DNA of 64,000 nt, taken from the NCBI GenBank assembly GCA_011364975.1, contig RDOE01000004.1:14205-78204 (forward strand), read 5' to 3'. Below, one piece after another: positions 20,588 to 30,930 of the stretch. A model generated the notes under the pieces. It ran no database searches. It had not been told where the DNA came from and saw nothing but the letters and a program-made list of their open reading frames with translations. The stretch's first letter is position 1; the number at the start of each line of letters is the position of its first letter. The position numbers were made by a program, and so were the translations under genes. The DNA comes from Promethearchaeota archaeon. GTDB taxonomy: Archaea > Asgardarchaeota > Lokiarchaeia > Sigyniarchaeales > SOKP01.

Positions 20588-20869
20588 TTATGTTTTAGCT
20601 TTTTTATTTTTTATTTCTTCCTTATTTAAGACGTAAATACACCAATCAGGACATCCAAATTCACATCTTCTACATGCAGTACAATAGTTAGCTTTTCCTT
20701 CTTTTACTCGAGGAATATAGGCAATTCGCATATTTAATTCATTACTGAGCTCTAAAATACCTGTGGGGCAAACGGAAATACACATTTGACATCCTCCACA
20801 GCGATCTTTATTAAGAAATAATGTGAATTTCTTTTCTTCATTTTCCAATAATTTTGGAATTATCATCAA
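20588..20869 (-). CDS. 2x[4Fe-4S] ferredoxin, OFOR delta subunit
   Basis: CGGCQMCISVCP and CTACRRCEFGCP; first gene of the OFOR operon. Confidence 0.9.
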   Translation of the reverse strand: MMIIPKLLENEEKKFTLFLNKDRCGGCQMCISVCPTGILELSNELNMRIAYIPRVKEGKANYCTACRRCEFGCPDWCIYVLNKEEIKNKKAKT

Positions 20870-21006
20870 CTCAGTTAATACTTTAATAGGTTATTAAATA
20901 TTTTAGATGTTATAAATTTCAATTAATTTAATATTAAGTATTACCAGATATAAGCTTAAATAAAATAATATCAAATCTTTTTTTAAAACTACAACTTAAT
21001 CTAACT

Positions 21007-21747
21007 ATGACGAAATTAATCTTCTTAGGGTGCTTATCAAATTCAAGATATAAGGATACCTGTACCAATGCTATAAAGATTATCAAAACCATAGATTCAG
21101 ATTACAATGTAATCGAAAATACTCCTTGCTGTGGAGCGTTGGCATATAACACTGCAAATGAAGAAGATTTAGAAACTCATGTAAAATTCGTGAATGATTG
21201 GTTTAAATTAAACAATGTTTCTAAAATTGTCACCATTTGCGCCGGGTGTTATAATTACCTTACTAAGTATTACCCTTTAATATTAGAGTCGGAATTTAAT
21301 ATAGACGTAAAACATCTATTACAATTTATTTCAATTCCAGAGAATTTAAAGAAACTTAACCTAAGTTATGGTGATAAAAAAATTAAGGTAAGTTATCACG
21401 ACGCATGTCATTTAAGAAATGCAGTAAAACCTATTATTGAAGAACCTAGAACTATTTTAAACTCAGTTGAAAATATTGAAGTATTTGAGATGGAAAATAA
21501 TAAAGAAAGTAGTATTTGTTGTGGAGCAGGGGGTGGAGTATATTCTATTTTTAAAGAAAACTCAGATTATAATTCAAAGTTAATATTCGATCAATCTAAG
21601 AGAGCTAAAGCTCTATTAACGGCTTGCCCTTTCTGTTATACTGCTTTGAAAAGAGTAAAAGAGGAAAATGATCTCAAAAATCCTATTATTAAAATCGAAG
21701 ACTTTATTGTAAAATTAATGGAAGGAGTTGATCCTATTAATGAGTGA
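21007..21747 (+). CDS. CCG-domain Fe-S protein (LutA/GlpC/HdrB-like)
   Basis: CCGA, CAGC, YHDACHL, CCGAGGG, ACPFC. Confidence 0.87.
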   Translation: MTKLIFLGCLSNSRYKDTCTNAIKIIKTIDSDYNVIENTPCCGALAYNTANEEDLETHVKFVNDWFKLNNVSKIVTICAGCYNYLTKYYPLILESEFNIDVKHLLQFISIPENLKKLNLSYGDKKIKVSYHDACHLRNAVKPIIEEPRTILNSVENIEVFEMENNKESSICCGAGGGVYSIFKENSDYNSKLIFDQSKRAKALLTACPFCYTALKRVKEENDLKNPIIKIEDFIVKLMEGVDPINE

Positions 21748-23041
21748 AAAGGGAAAAGAATTATATGAAAAAGTTAAGAAAAATATCAATACCTTACAAA
21801 CCGATGGTACATTAGAAAAAAAATTCGGTGACTTTTGGAAATTTGCCTGTACAATTAAAACTCGGCAACACGATATGAGATATTTATATGAAGATACTAG
21901 TAGGGAATTTGTTGAGAGGTATAGGGAACGTTTGATAAAAATGAGGGAAGAATTTGTTGAGAATATGCAGGATTATGTGAAAAGATGCATTGATATTATG
22001 ACGAAAAATAATATGAAAGTACTCTATGCGAAAACAAATGAAGAAGCACAACAATTTTTTATGGAAGAATTAGGGGGTAGTAAGGTAATATATAAATCTA
22101 AATCTGTTGAGGCCAAAGATATTGGAATAATCGATTTTTTAGAAAAAAATGACATTGAAATAAAGGAAACGGATTTGGGCGATGTACTTGTTCAATTATT
22201 TGACTATAAATTACCCAGCTTTCAGGTAGGCCCTGGAGCCCATTTTACAGAAAAGGAAATTGCCGATAAATTAAAAGAAGTATACGGTGTAGAACTCGAA
22301 CCTAAGGCGAAAGATATTGTTGAATATTTCCGAAAGACTTATCGAATTGAACTATTGAATAAAATTAAAATATCTTTAACTTCTGCTAATGCAATCTCCG
22401 CTGAAGATGGGACAATTGTGTTAGGTGAAAATGAAGGCAATATTAGCTTACTCACAAGAGCAACTGAAAAACATATTGTAGTGTGTGGGATAACTAAAAT
22501 TGTTCCTACTCTGTTAGATGCTGTATTGGTGACTAAACTACAATCAAGAATTAACAATGTTTCCTTTAATTATATTAGTTTAATCTCAGGTCCCTCAAAT
22601 ACATCTGATATTCAAGGAACAAGTGTTCAAGGAATGTATGGTGCTAAAGAGGTGGTTGTAATCCTTGTAGATGATTGGAGAACTAAAGCCTTGGAAGAGA
22701 ATCTTCTGTTCAAGGAGTTTTTAAAATGTATCGGTTGTCGAACTTGTAATTATGTTTGTACTGCTTCTCGCGCATTTGGAAACATTTACGCTTCGAAATA
22801 TGGTCTTGGCTCCACTGCGATAATACGAGATTATATACATAATGGCATTGAATCTGCTGTAGCTGATGGGTTATATCTTTGTACTAATTGTGAGAATTGT
22901 TATCATTGGTGTCCTATTTCACTGAACCTTGGTGAAATTATGAAATCTATGAAAAAAGAAGCGACGGAGAAGGGATTCTGTCCCCCACCTTTAAAAGAAT
23001 ATCAAGATAAAATCCTTAAAGAGAAAAATCCATTCAAATAA
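21740..23041 (+). CDS. LutB/LUD-domain Fe-S protein (lactate utilisation B-like)
   Basis: KSKS, ETDLG, ENEGNI, ISGPSNTSDI, CIGCRTCNYVC, CTNCENCYHWCP. ATG at 21740 overlaps the upstream gene. Confidence 0.85.
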   Translation: MSEKGKELYEKVKKNINTLQTDGTLEKKFGDFWKFACTIKTRQHDMRYLYEDTSREFVERYRERLIKMREEFVENMQDYVKRCIDIMTKNNMKVLYAKTNEEAQQFFMEELGGSKVIYKSKSVEAKDIGIIDFLEKNDIEIKETDLGDVLVQLFDYKLPSFQVGPGAHFTEKEIADKLKEVYGVELEPKAKDIVEYFRKTYRIELLNKIKISLTSANAISAEDGTIVLGENEGNISLLTRATEKHIVVCGITKIVPTLLDAVLVTKLQSRINNVSFNYISLISGPSNTSDIQGTSVQGMYGAKEVVVILVDDWRTKALEENLLFKEFLKCIGCRTCNYVCTASRAFGNIYASKYGLGSTAIIRDYIHNGIESAVADGLYLCTNCENCYHWCPISLNLGEIMKSMKKEATEKGFCPPPLKEYQDKILKEKNPFK

Positions 23042-23053
23042 TTTAAGATTAAC

Positions 23054-24241
23054 CTATTTGCGATGCATATAATGAAACGGGTAAGTGGTATTTCTCCATA
23101 TAGCTATATCATTAAATCCTAATTTTTCTGCTTGTGTTTTTTGTCCATTCATAATGCTTTTGATTTTTACCCAGAGAACTTCTGCAAGCTCTTCAATAGA
23201 CTTTTCGCCTTTTATGATTACACTAGCATCGATATCGATATTATTCCCCATCCATTCGCAGGTTTTTGGATTTCCGCATAATTTTATCACAGGTGCTACG
23301 GGATTTCCACAAGGACTACCTCTACCCGTTGTCATAAGTATAACCTGTGCTCCTGCTGCTGCTAAACCCGTCATAGATTCAATATCAAGTCCAGGTTCGT
23401 TCATTAAATGGAGACCATTAGATTTCGGTGCTTCTGAATATTCTAAAATTCCTTGAATAGGTGACTTCCCCGATTTTGCTATGTTTCCTAAGGACTTTTC
23501 TTCTATAGTTGATAATCCCCCTTCAATATTTCCAGGTGTTGGTTGCACACCTAAAAAATCTATTCCTAAGCGTTTAAGATGTTCTATAAAGCCATAAATA
23601 GTAGCATAAATTTTATCCGCGACATCTTTGTTTATCGCTCTTTTAACCAAAAGGTGTTCTGTTCCAATCCATTCAGTAAATTCAGGTAAAATAGAAGTTC
23701 CTCCTAATTCAACGACTCTATCAGAAATTAATCCCACTGTAGGATTAGCTGAGATCCCCGAAATCGAATCAGAGCCTCCACATTCTAAACCAAGGACTAA
23801 ATTAGAAAAATCAAAGGATTCCCGTTTTAAAGTGTTTGCTTCTTCTCTCATTTGATTTCCAAGCTTTATTCCATGCTTGATTGCAGCAATTGATCCTCCC
23901 TTTAAATCCTGAACATCAAAGAATTCAACAGGTTTTTTTGATCTTTGGATATTTTTCGCAAGAACTCTACTTTTTAAATTTTCACAACCTAATCCAACAA
24001 CGATAACTCCATAGATGTTTGGATTACTCCCCAGTCCTACTAGAGTTCGAAGTGTATTATTATAGTCTGGTCCAAATTGCCCGCAGCCTAGAGGATGAGT
24101 GATTGCTACAGCATCATCAACCTTATTTGCAATTTGTTGAGTTATTTGATTGACACAAACTACTGAAGAAATAACTGCAATTTTATTCCTAATTCCTACT
24201 TTTCCTTTTGATCTTTCATATCCAAGAAATTCTTCCTTCAT
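23054..24241 (-). CDS. UxaA/GarD/SuyB family dehydratase/lyase, large subunit
   Basis: GIRN, HPLGCGQ, VGLGCE, LECGGSD..SG, GNIEGGLSTIEEKSLG, TTGRG. Confidence 0.9.
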   Translation of the reverse strand: MKEEFLGYERSKGKVGIRNKIAVISSVVCVNQITQQIANKVDDAVAITHPLGCGQFGPDYNNTLRTLVGLGSNPNIYGVIVVGLGCENLKSRVLAKNIQRSKKPVEFFDVQDLKGGSIAAIKHGIKLGNQMREEANTLKRESFDFSNLVLGLECGGSDSISGISANPTVGLISDRVVELGGTSILPEFTEWIGTEHLLVKRAINKDVADKIYATIYGFIEHLKRLGIDFLGVQPTPGNIEGGLSTIEEKSLGNIAKSGKSPIQGILEYSEAPKSNGLHLMNEPGLDIESMTGLAAAGAQVILMTTGRGSPCGNPVAPVIKLCGNPKTCEWMGNNIDIDASVIIKGEKSIEELAEVLWVKIKSIMNGQKTQAEKLGFNDIAIWRNTTYPFHYMHRK

Positions 24242-24522
24242 AGGTTTAAAACCTCTTTCAAATAATGACTAATAATATTATGTGTATGAATCCAATCTCC
24301 AATCTTAATATCTTCGGTAGCTATCCCTATTATTTCTCCATACTTTTTGATAAGGTCACTTTTATTAATGTTTTCCAAAGCAAATTTATGCCCTAACGGA
24401 ATATTATGATTTAATTTAATTTTTCGATTCTCAAGTTCCAATTCTTCATTTTCTTCTAGATCTTCTAGAGTGGTTGCGCAATTGTCCTCTTGATGCATTA
24501 TTATAAACTTCTTATTCTTCAA
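24238..24522 (-). CDS. UxaA/SuyA family small subunit (SAF domain)
   Basis: DNCAT, IPLGHKFAL, IKKYGEIIG.A..DI..GDWIHTHN. Confidence 0.9.
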   Translation of the reverse strand: MKNKKFIIMHQEDNCATTLEDLEENEELELENRKIKLNHNIPLGHKFALENINKSDLIKKYGEIIGIATEDIKIGDWIHTHNIISHYLKEVLNL

Positions 24523-24630
24523 TTATATCACTTTAAACGAATAATAATAATGAATCTAATTATGAAAATGTAATAAATCATTCTAACCTCATTAAATATA
24601 GAATAAAGTCATAAGAAATCGATGAGATTC

Positions 24631-24645
24631 TGCGTACATAACGCA
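24631..24645. promoter_or_regulatory. Inverted repeat TGCGT-N5-ACGCA, candidate operator between divergent uxaA-like and aor genes
   Basis: tgcgtacataacgca is a GC-rich dyad in an otherwise very AT-rich divergent intergenic region. Confidence 0.3.
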
Positions 24646-24742
24646 AAACTGCATGATATTAATTGATATGAAAACACAAATCTTAATCAAAAATGATATA
24701 AATTAAAGTATAATCTACATTATAAAATCAAAAATTAAATAG

Positions 24743-26593
24743 ATGATCTATAAAATGGCAAATGGATATATGGGTAAAATTTTATGGGTAAACCTTACAG
24801 ATGAAAGTTTTAAAGAAGAAGAATTATCAGAGAAGATTTATAGACAATATCTTGGAGGCTATGGTTTAGCTACTAAATTGATTTATCAAAATATGCCCGC
24901 AAAAATAGACGCGCTTTCTTCAGAATCAGTTTTTGGATTTTTTCCTGGATTATTAACTGGTACTGTAGCACCTTTATCAGGTCGTTTTATGGTTGCTGGG
25001 AAATCTCCATTAACCGGAACGTGGGGTGATTCAAACTGTGGGGGGTATTTTGGACCAGAAATAAAAAAGTGTGGGTATGATGCGATCTTAATAAAAGGAG
25101 CTGCAAAAACTCCCAAATACATCACTATTATAGATGATAAAAAGCAAATTTTAGATGCTAGTGATATATGGGGATTAGATGCAGTTCAGACGGAAGAGGC
25201 ATTAAAAAGTAAGCATGGGAAGATTCAAGTTGCTAGTATTGGTCAATCTGGAGAGAATATATCACTAATCTCGGGAATAGTAAACGATAAAGCAAGAATA
25301 GCAGGAAGATCTGGTTTCGGAGCAGTAATGGGTTCCAAAAAATTAAAAGCTATCGTTCTTAAAGGGAATAAGACAGTTTCAAGTGCTGATAAAGAGTTAT
25401 TACTTGAAAAGACTAAAACTTATAATGAACAAATTAAAGCAGCAACTGCAGGTGCTGTTGAAGCTTGGAGAACTTTAGGTACTACCTTTGGAAATGTTGT
25501 ATCTTTTCAAATTGGAGATACTCCCTGTAAAAACTGGGGTGGTACTAAAGAAGATTTTCCCGAAGAAAAAGTTAACAAGATATCCGGAACAGAACTACTA
25601 AAATACAAAGAGAAATCCTATGGTTGTTTTTCTTGTCCAGTTCAATGTGGAGCGATTATGAAAATTCCTGAAGCAAATATAGATGAAACTCACAGACCAG
25701 AATATGAAACCTGTGCAAGCTTTGGGCATTTGCTATTAAATGATGATTTAAAGACCATCTTTATCGCAAATGACTTATGCAATAGAGCTGGATTGGATAC
25801 TATATCAGCGGGTGCAACAATTGCCTTTGCTATTGAATGTTTTGAGAATGGAATAATTGGAGTAGATGATACAGAAGGCATAATGCTTAAATGGGGAAAT
25901 TCAGATGCAATTATCCAAATATTGAAAAAGATGATTGATCGAGAAGGTTTTGGTCATGTGTTAGCAGATGGAAGTAAAATTGCAGCAGAAAAAATTGGGA
26001 AAGGTAGTGAAAAATACGCGATCCAAGCTATGGGACAAGAATTGGGAATGCATTCTGCTAAATATTATAAAAGCATGGGTGCTGCTTTTGCGTTTGATCC
26101 TACTCCCGGACGACATACTACTGCATGCTTGGACATGATCGCTGGAGGCCCCATTATTAAACCAGATGGATTATTTGAAGGCTTTACACTCCCAAAAAAA
26201 TTCAAACGACCGGGAGAAGATCGAAGTGAGGCTGAAAAATTAATAGCAGGACTTTGGCAAAGCTTTAATAGTTTGGGTTTATGCGAATTCCTTGCATTTT
26301 TCCAACAATATCCTTTAATTGCTTTCATCAAAGCAATTGTAGGATGGGATTTAACTATGGATGAGATTATTAAGATTGGATTAAGAATACAAAACTTACG
26401 ACAAGCATTTACTTTAAGAGAAGGAGTTAAAATAATAGAAAGTAAAATATCCGAACGAGCCGTAGAAATTGATTATTTAGCGGATTATAAAGGATATTGT
26501 GAAAAAATGGGATGGAATCCCGATACTGGATATCCATTACAAGAAACCTTAAAAAATCTTGATCTGGAATTTATTCTAAAAGATTTATATTAA
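24743..26593 (+). CDS. aor: Tungsten-dependent aldehyde:ferredoxin oxidoreductase
   Basis: GYMGKILWVNL, KSPLTG.WGDSN.GG, GRSGFGAVMGSKKLKA, CFSCPVQCG, PEYET, GLDTIS. Start may be 24755. Confidence 0.92.
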   Translation: MIYKMANGYMGKILWVNLTDESFKEEELSEKIYRQYLGGYGLATKLIYQNMPAKIDALSSESVFGFFPGLLTGTVAPLSGRFMVAGKSPLTGTWGDSNCGGYFGPEIKKCGYDAILIKGAAKTPKYITIIDDKKQILDASDIWGLDAVQTEEALKSKHGKIQVASIGQSGENISLISGIVNDKARIAGRSGFGAVMGSKKLKAIVLKGNKTVSSADKELLLEKTKTYNEQIKAATAGAVEAWRTLGTTFGNVVSFQIGDTPCKNWGGTKEDFPEEKVNKISGTELLKYKEKSYGCFSCPVQCGAIMKIPEANIDETHRPEYETCASFGHLLLNDDLKTIFIANDLCNRAGLDTISAGATIAFAIECFENGIIGVDDTEGIMLKWGNSDAIIQILKKMIDREGFGHVLADGSKIAAEKIGKGSEKYAIQAMGQELGMHSAKYYKSMGAAFAFDPTPGRHTTACLDMIAGGPIIKPDGLFEGFTLPKKFKRPGEDRSEAEKLIAGLWQSFNSLGLCEFLAFFQQYPLIAFIKAIVGWDLTMDEIIKIGLRIQNLRQAFTLREGVKIIESKISERAVEIDYLADYKGYCEKMGWNPDTGYPLQETLKNLDLEFILKDLY

Positions 26594-26656
26594 TCTTTTT
26601 TTCTCTTTTTTATGAAGCTAAACGGGATATAATAAAAAAAGAAAAAAAAAATTGAA
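26594..26656. terminator. Bidirectional oligo-T archaeal terminator region between convergent aor and ridA
   Basis: T-runs on the + strand right after the aor stop, and A-runs (T on the - strand) right after the ridA stop. Confidence 0.45.
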
Positions 26657-27034
26657 TTATAATACCGCTATAGCACTTACTTCTCTTAACATAGTTTCAA
26701 GAGGTAAATTTGAAACTTCAAGTGTTGCACGAGCTGGAAATTTCTCAGTTACCCCATTACCCTCGAAAAATTCTTTATAACTTCGATTCATTTCACTAAA
26801 ATCTTTTATATTTTTCAAATAAACTGTGGTATTGACAATATTAGACATCTTTCCTCCAGCCGCTTCCACAATTTTTTTAATTTTTTCTAGAGTAGTAGTG
26901 GTCTGTTCTTTAATATCTATAGCCCCTTGAGCAGGCCCTTGACCAGATATAAATAATAGATTTCCTACTTTAATTCCGGGGGTATAGGGTCCCGCAACAG
27001 GAGTTCCGGGATTAATAATTTCTGAATCTGTCAT
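26657..27034 (-). CDS. ridA: RidA/YjgF enamine deaminase family
   Basis: GPYTPG, FISGQ, TTVYL, MN..Y..FF, PARA (catalytic Arg), EVSAIA. Confidence 0.9.
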   Translation of the reverse strand: MTDSEIINPGTPVAGPYTPGIKVGNLLFISGQGPAQGAIDIKEQTTTTLEKIKKIVEAAGGKMSNIVNTTVYLKNIKDFSEMNRSYKEFFEGNGVTEKFPARATLEVSNLPLETMLREVSAIAVL

Positions 27035-27168
27035 AATTGATTTTAATTCCTTCCACTTTTATACTATATTGAAGAAAATAAAGTAAAAAAGATATTAAAT
27101 AAATCGAAAAAAATATTTGTTAGAATTCTTTTATAATTTTAATTTATTGAAATCAATTTTGTGATGAC

Positions 27169-28521
27169 ATGTCAAAGAAATTTACAACTAGTCCCATACG
27201 CGGAATGGAAGATTATTATCCAGATGATTTGAGAGAAGAAAATTGGATAATAGAAATGATAAAGGACATTGCTGAACTATATAGTTATGAAGAATTTGAG
27301 AGTCCTCAATTAGAACCTATTGAAATTTTTGAAGCTAAATCTTCCGAGGAATTAGTCAATGAACAATCATTTATAGTGGAAAAAAAAGAAGGAGAAAGAT
27401 TAATACTAATACCAGAATTAACTCCTTCTTTAGCTCGTATGATCGCCGCGAAAAGTCAAGAGCTTAAAAAACCAATAAGATGGTTTTCAGTCCCAACATG
27501 CTTTCGTTATGAACGACCTCAAAGAGGTAGAAAAAGAAGCTTTAAACAGATAAATTTTGATATACTTGGTGAGGAGAGTCTCTATGGGGATTTAGAAATA
27601 TTCAATATCATAATTGATATCTTCTCTCAATTTGGAGCAACTTCTGATCAATATCAAATCTTTTTTAATAATCGACGGTTCATAGATTCTTTATGTGAAA
27701 TGATTTTGAAAATACCTAAAGATAAAATTCCATTAGTTTATAAAATCCTAGATAAAGCAGATAAAATGGAAGAGTCTGAATACGAAAAATACGTATTAGA
27801 TCATTTTAAAGATGAGATTATTATTCAAGGTATTTATAAATTAAAGGAAGCAGAAGACATAGATGACCTTTTAAATAATTTTGAAGATATCCCAAAAGAA
27901 TTTTATAAATCGAAAGGTTATACTGAATTGATTTCATTTATAAAACTCCTAAAAGATGCAGATCTTTCAGAATATTGTACCTTTTCACCGAGTATCGTAA
28001 GAGGTCTAGATTACTATACAGGAATTGTTTATGAGGTTTTTGATACGGGAGAAGCAAATAGAAGAAGTATCTTTGGAGGCGGGAGATATGATGATCTAAT
28101 TTCCCTTTATTCAGAAGAAAAGATAACTGGAACCGGATTTGGATTAGGGGTGCTAATGTTGTCCCTTTTCCTAAAAACATATAATCTAATTCCAGAAGAT
28201 ATCCGAAAAAAGGATTATTCAGACACAGTATATATCGCTTGCATTAATAAAGATGTCTCATCTTATGCTTTAAAGCTTGCTAAAATAGTAAGAAACGAAG
28301 ATTTTCCATGCATTATTGATTATCGATTTAATAACCTTAAAAACCAATTAGCAAAAGCGAATGAATTAGGTGTGTTAATTAGTTTAATTATCGGTCCTAA
28401 AGAAATGGAAGATAATGAAATAACCATAAAAGATATGAACTCAGAAAAACAGAAAACAATAAAGTTGGATAACTTGATTGACGAGATTTATAATATTATT
28501 GATGAAAATAATGAAAGTTAA
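27169..28521 (+). CDS. hisS: Histidyl-tRNA synthetase
   Basis: RGMEDY, PELTPSLAR, FRYERPQRGR, VRGLDYYTG, GGGRYD, C-terminal anticodon-binding domain. Confidence 0.96.
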   Translation: MSKKFTTSPIRGMEDYYPDDLREENWIIEMIKDIAELYSYEEFESPQLEPIEIFEAKSSEELVNEQSFIVEKKEGERLILIPELTPSLARMIAAKSQELKKPIRWFSVPTCFRYERPQRGRKRSFKQINFDILGEESLYGDLEIFNIIIDIFSQFGATSDQYQIFFNNRRFIDSLCEMILKIPKDKIPLVYKILDKADKMEESEYEKYVLDHFKDEIIIQGIYKLKEAEDIDDLLNNFEDIPKEFYKSKGYTELISFIKLLKDADLSEYCTFSPSIVRGLDYYTGIVYEVFDTGEANRRSIFGGGRYDDLISLYSEEKITGTGFGLGVLMLSLFLKTYNLIPEDIRKKDYSDTVYIACINKDVSSYALKLAKIVRNEDFPCIIDYRFNNLKNQLAKANELGVLISLIIGPKEMEDNEITIKDMNSEKQKTIKLDNLIDEIYNIIDENNES

Positions 28522-28722
28522 ATTATCGTATTCTCTGTTTTCTTGAAAGGGTTACATATACCATATACAAAAAAGTAAGTACCTCATTAGAATCAAATTT
28601 CTTTCTTCTCCCTTACTTTTTTATTATAACCATTAGATTTATATCGATTTAGATGTTTCGATGAACCATAAGTATCCATTTAGCTATATAACTCATTTAA
28701 TGCGTAGCAAGGAATAATTATA

Positions 28723-30117
28723 TTGAATGACACTCAAAAGGCTATACGAAGCAAAACTAAGGTTAAGAGCAATCTTTTACCTGTAGAAGAGCGTATAAAT
28801 AACTTTCAAGAAGTTAATTTAGGTTACCTCAATCTTGATGAAGTAATAGAAGAATGTAAACGTTGTTATCAATGTTTTAGTAAAAGTGATCCGAATGAAA
28901 GACCTCCACCATGCATGAAATATTGTCCTACTCATTGTAATTCTCGCGATATTATAAAGAATGTTTTAGAAGGTAAAATTAATGAGGCTCTTAACATCAT
29001 TTATAAGCATTACCCGTTTCCTAGATGTGTAGAAAGGGTGTGCCCTGGTTATTGCCAACTCCATTGTACTGCCGGAAAGAAAGGTGATCCTATTCAAATA
29101 CCCATTATAAAACGATATTTAGTTGATCATTATGGTCCAAATGATGAATTTTTTAAAAGTGAACCATTGAAACTTAAAAAAGTGGCAGTAATAGGTTCTG
29201 GACCACTAGGTTTAACAACAGCTTATTTTTTAAAAAAAGCAGGGATTGAAGTTACAATTTTTGAAAAAATGGCTATTGTAGGTGGCATGCTTTACCTTGA
29301 AATTCCAGAATTTAGATTACCTCGCACAGTATTAAATGAAGAAATAGAAAATTTAAAGAAATTAGGTATTGAAATAATTACTAATAAAGGAATAGACGAA
29401 AAACATTCTCTCGAAGAACTATTTCTATCAGGTTATAATATGGTGGTGATTGGAATTGGGACACATAAACCAAATTGGATGCAACTTCCAGGTGAAGATT
29501 CACAAATTATTCTCCAAGCAATTGAATTTCTAAAAGATTTTCATTTAACCAAAAACTTTCCCGATTTTGATGATAAGAAAGTGCTTGTGGTTGGAGGAGG
29601 AAGTACTGCTACCGATGCTGCAAGAGTTGCAAAAAGGTTAGGTGCGGATGTTTCCATTTTATACCGCAGAGAAAAAGAACAGATGCCTGCAGGAAAAACT
29701 GAAATTGCTGATTCGGAAGATGAGGGAATTATTATAAAATATTTAACTACTCCAATCGAGTTTGTTTGTATTGAAGAAGAATTTCAAGGTGCTGTTTGTA
29801 AGAGAATGGAGTTAGGAGAACCTGATTCCAGCGGTAAACCCATAGTAATACCACTTGAAGATTCCGAATTTAGAGAAGAAGCAGATTTTATTATTGAAGC
29901 TATTGGTCAACGACCTGACTTGACCGGATTTGATACGAACAAGATTAAAGTTAGTGATAAAAGTACTATTATTGTTAATGAAGAATTTTATACTTCGGTT
30001 CCTAATGTCCTCGCGGGAGGAGATTGTGTTTCTGGTTCTAAAAGTGTAGTGGAAGCTGTAGCTCACGGAAAAATTATTGCAGATCAGATTATAAGCTACT
30101 TCTCGGATCATAAATAA
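28723..30117 (+). CDS. GltD/SudA/NfnB-like FAD- and Fe-S-containing NAD(P)H oxidoreductase
   Basis: ERINNFQEVNLG, CYQC...C...CP, RVCP..C...C, GSGPLG, IPEFRLP, GGGSTATD.AR, YRR, AGGD. Confidence 0.9.
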   Translation: MNDTQKAIRSKTKVKSNLLPVEERINNFQEVNLGYLNLDEVIEECKRCYQCFSKSDPNERPPPCMKYCPTHCNSRDIIKNVLEGKINEALNIIYKHYPFPRCVERVCPGYCQLHCTAGKKGDPIQIPIIKRYLVDHYGPNDEFFKSEPLKLKKVAVIGSGPLGLTTAYFLKKAGIEVTIFEKMAIVGGMLYLEIPEFRLPRTVLNEEIENLKKLGIEIITNKGIDEKHSLEELFLSGYNMVVIGIGTHKPNWMQLPGEDSQIILQAIEFLKDFHLTKNFPDFDDKKVLVVGGGSTATDAARVAKRLGADVSILYRREKEQMPAGKTEIADSEDEGIIIKYLTTPIEFVCIEEEFQGAVCKRMELGEPDSSGKPIVIPLEDSEFREEADFIIEAIGQRPDLTGFDTNKIKVSDKSTIIVNEEFYTSVPNVLAGGDCVSGSKSVVEAVAHGKIIADQIISYFSDHK

Positions 30118-30231
30118 TTACAGATTCATAAATCCCAAAAATATTTTTAAAGAATTATATAGGTTTTTAAAATATTTCTTATTAATTTAACAGAGAGGAA
30201 TTAGAAAATTTTTTGTAAATTTTGAAAAATA

Positions 30232-30813
30232 ATGGCATCAATTACTGCATTCAAAAAAGATTTGTCACCAAAACAACGTGAAGAACTACTTAGAGCATTG
30301 AAAGCCCGTTTTGAGAAAAATATGAACCGCCATAAAGGTCTTGAATGGGTTAAAGTACAAACAAAGCTGGAAGGTAATACTGAAAAACTGTGGTCACTCA
30401 ATGAAATGGAAAGAACTGGTGGTGAACCAGATGTTGTTGGTCAAGATAAAAAGACGGGTGAATATATTTTTTATGATTGTTCAGCGGAAAGTCCTAAAGG
30501 GCGCAGAAATGTTTGTTACGACCGTGAAGGGCAGGAGGCGAGGGAAAAGAAAGGGGTCCATCCAGAAGGTAACGCTATTGATATGGCAGCTGCCATGGGC
30601 ATTGAGCTTTTAACAGAAGAACAATATCGAGAGTTGCAGAAACTTGGAAATTTCGATATGAAGACATCGAGCTGGGTGAAAACACCTTCTGATATTAGAA
30701 AACTCGGCGGCGCCATCTTTGCTGATCGACGCTACGATCATGTCTTCGTGTATCATAATAGTGCGCCCTCTTTCTATAGCGTTAGGGGATTCCGTGGCTC
30801 GCTAAGAGTCTAA
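30232..30813 (+). CDS. DUF4256 family protein (bacterial-type)
   Basis: LKARFEKNMNRH.GLEW, MERTGGEPDVV, DCSAESPKGRR, GGAIFADRRY..VFVYHN, RGFRGSL, recalled from a conserved bacterial family. Confidence 0.8.
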   Translation: MASITAFKKDLSPKQREELLRALKARFEKNMNRHKGLEWVKVQTKLEGNTEKLWSLNEMERTGGEPDVVGQDKKTGEYIFYDCSAESPKGRRNVCYDREGQEAREKKGVHPEGNAIDMAAAMGIELLTEEQYRELQKLGNFDMKTSSWVKTPSDIRKLGGAIFADRRYDHVFVYHNSAPSFYSVRGFRGSLRV

Positions 30814-30930
30814 ATTTGGACTTTGAAATTTAGTATTTCTTTGATTTTTGCTTCTTTTTTTCTAAAAAAGATGATGGGCACTTTTTTCTTTTTCACAAAG
30901 TTTTTTAAAGTTTCTATTTGTAATGATAAT

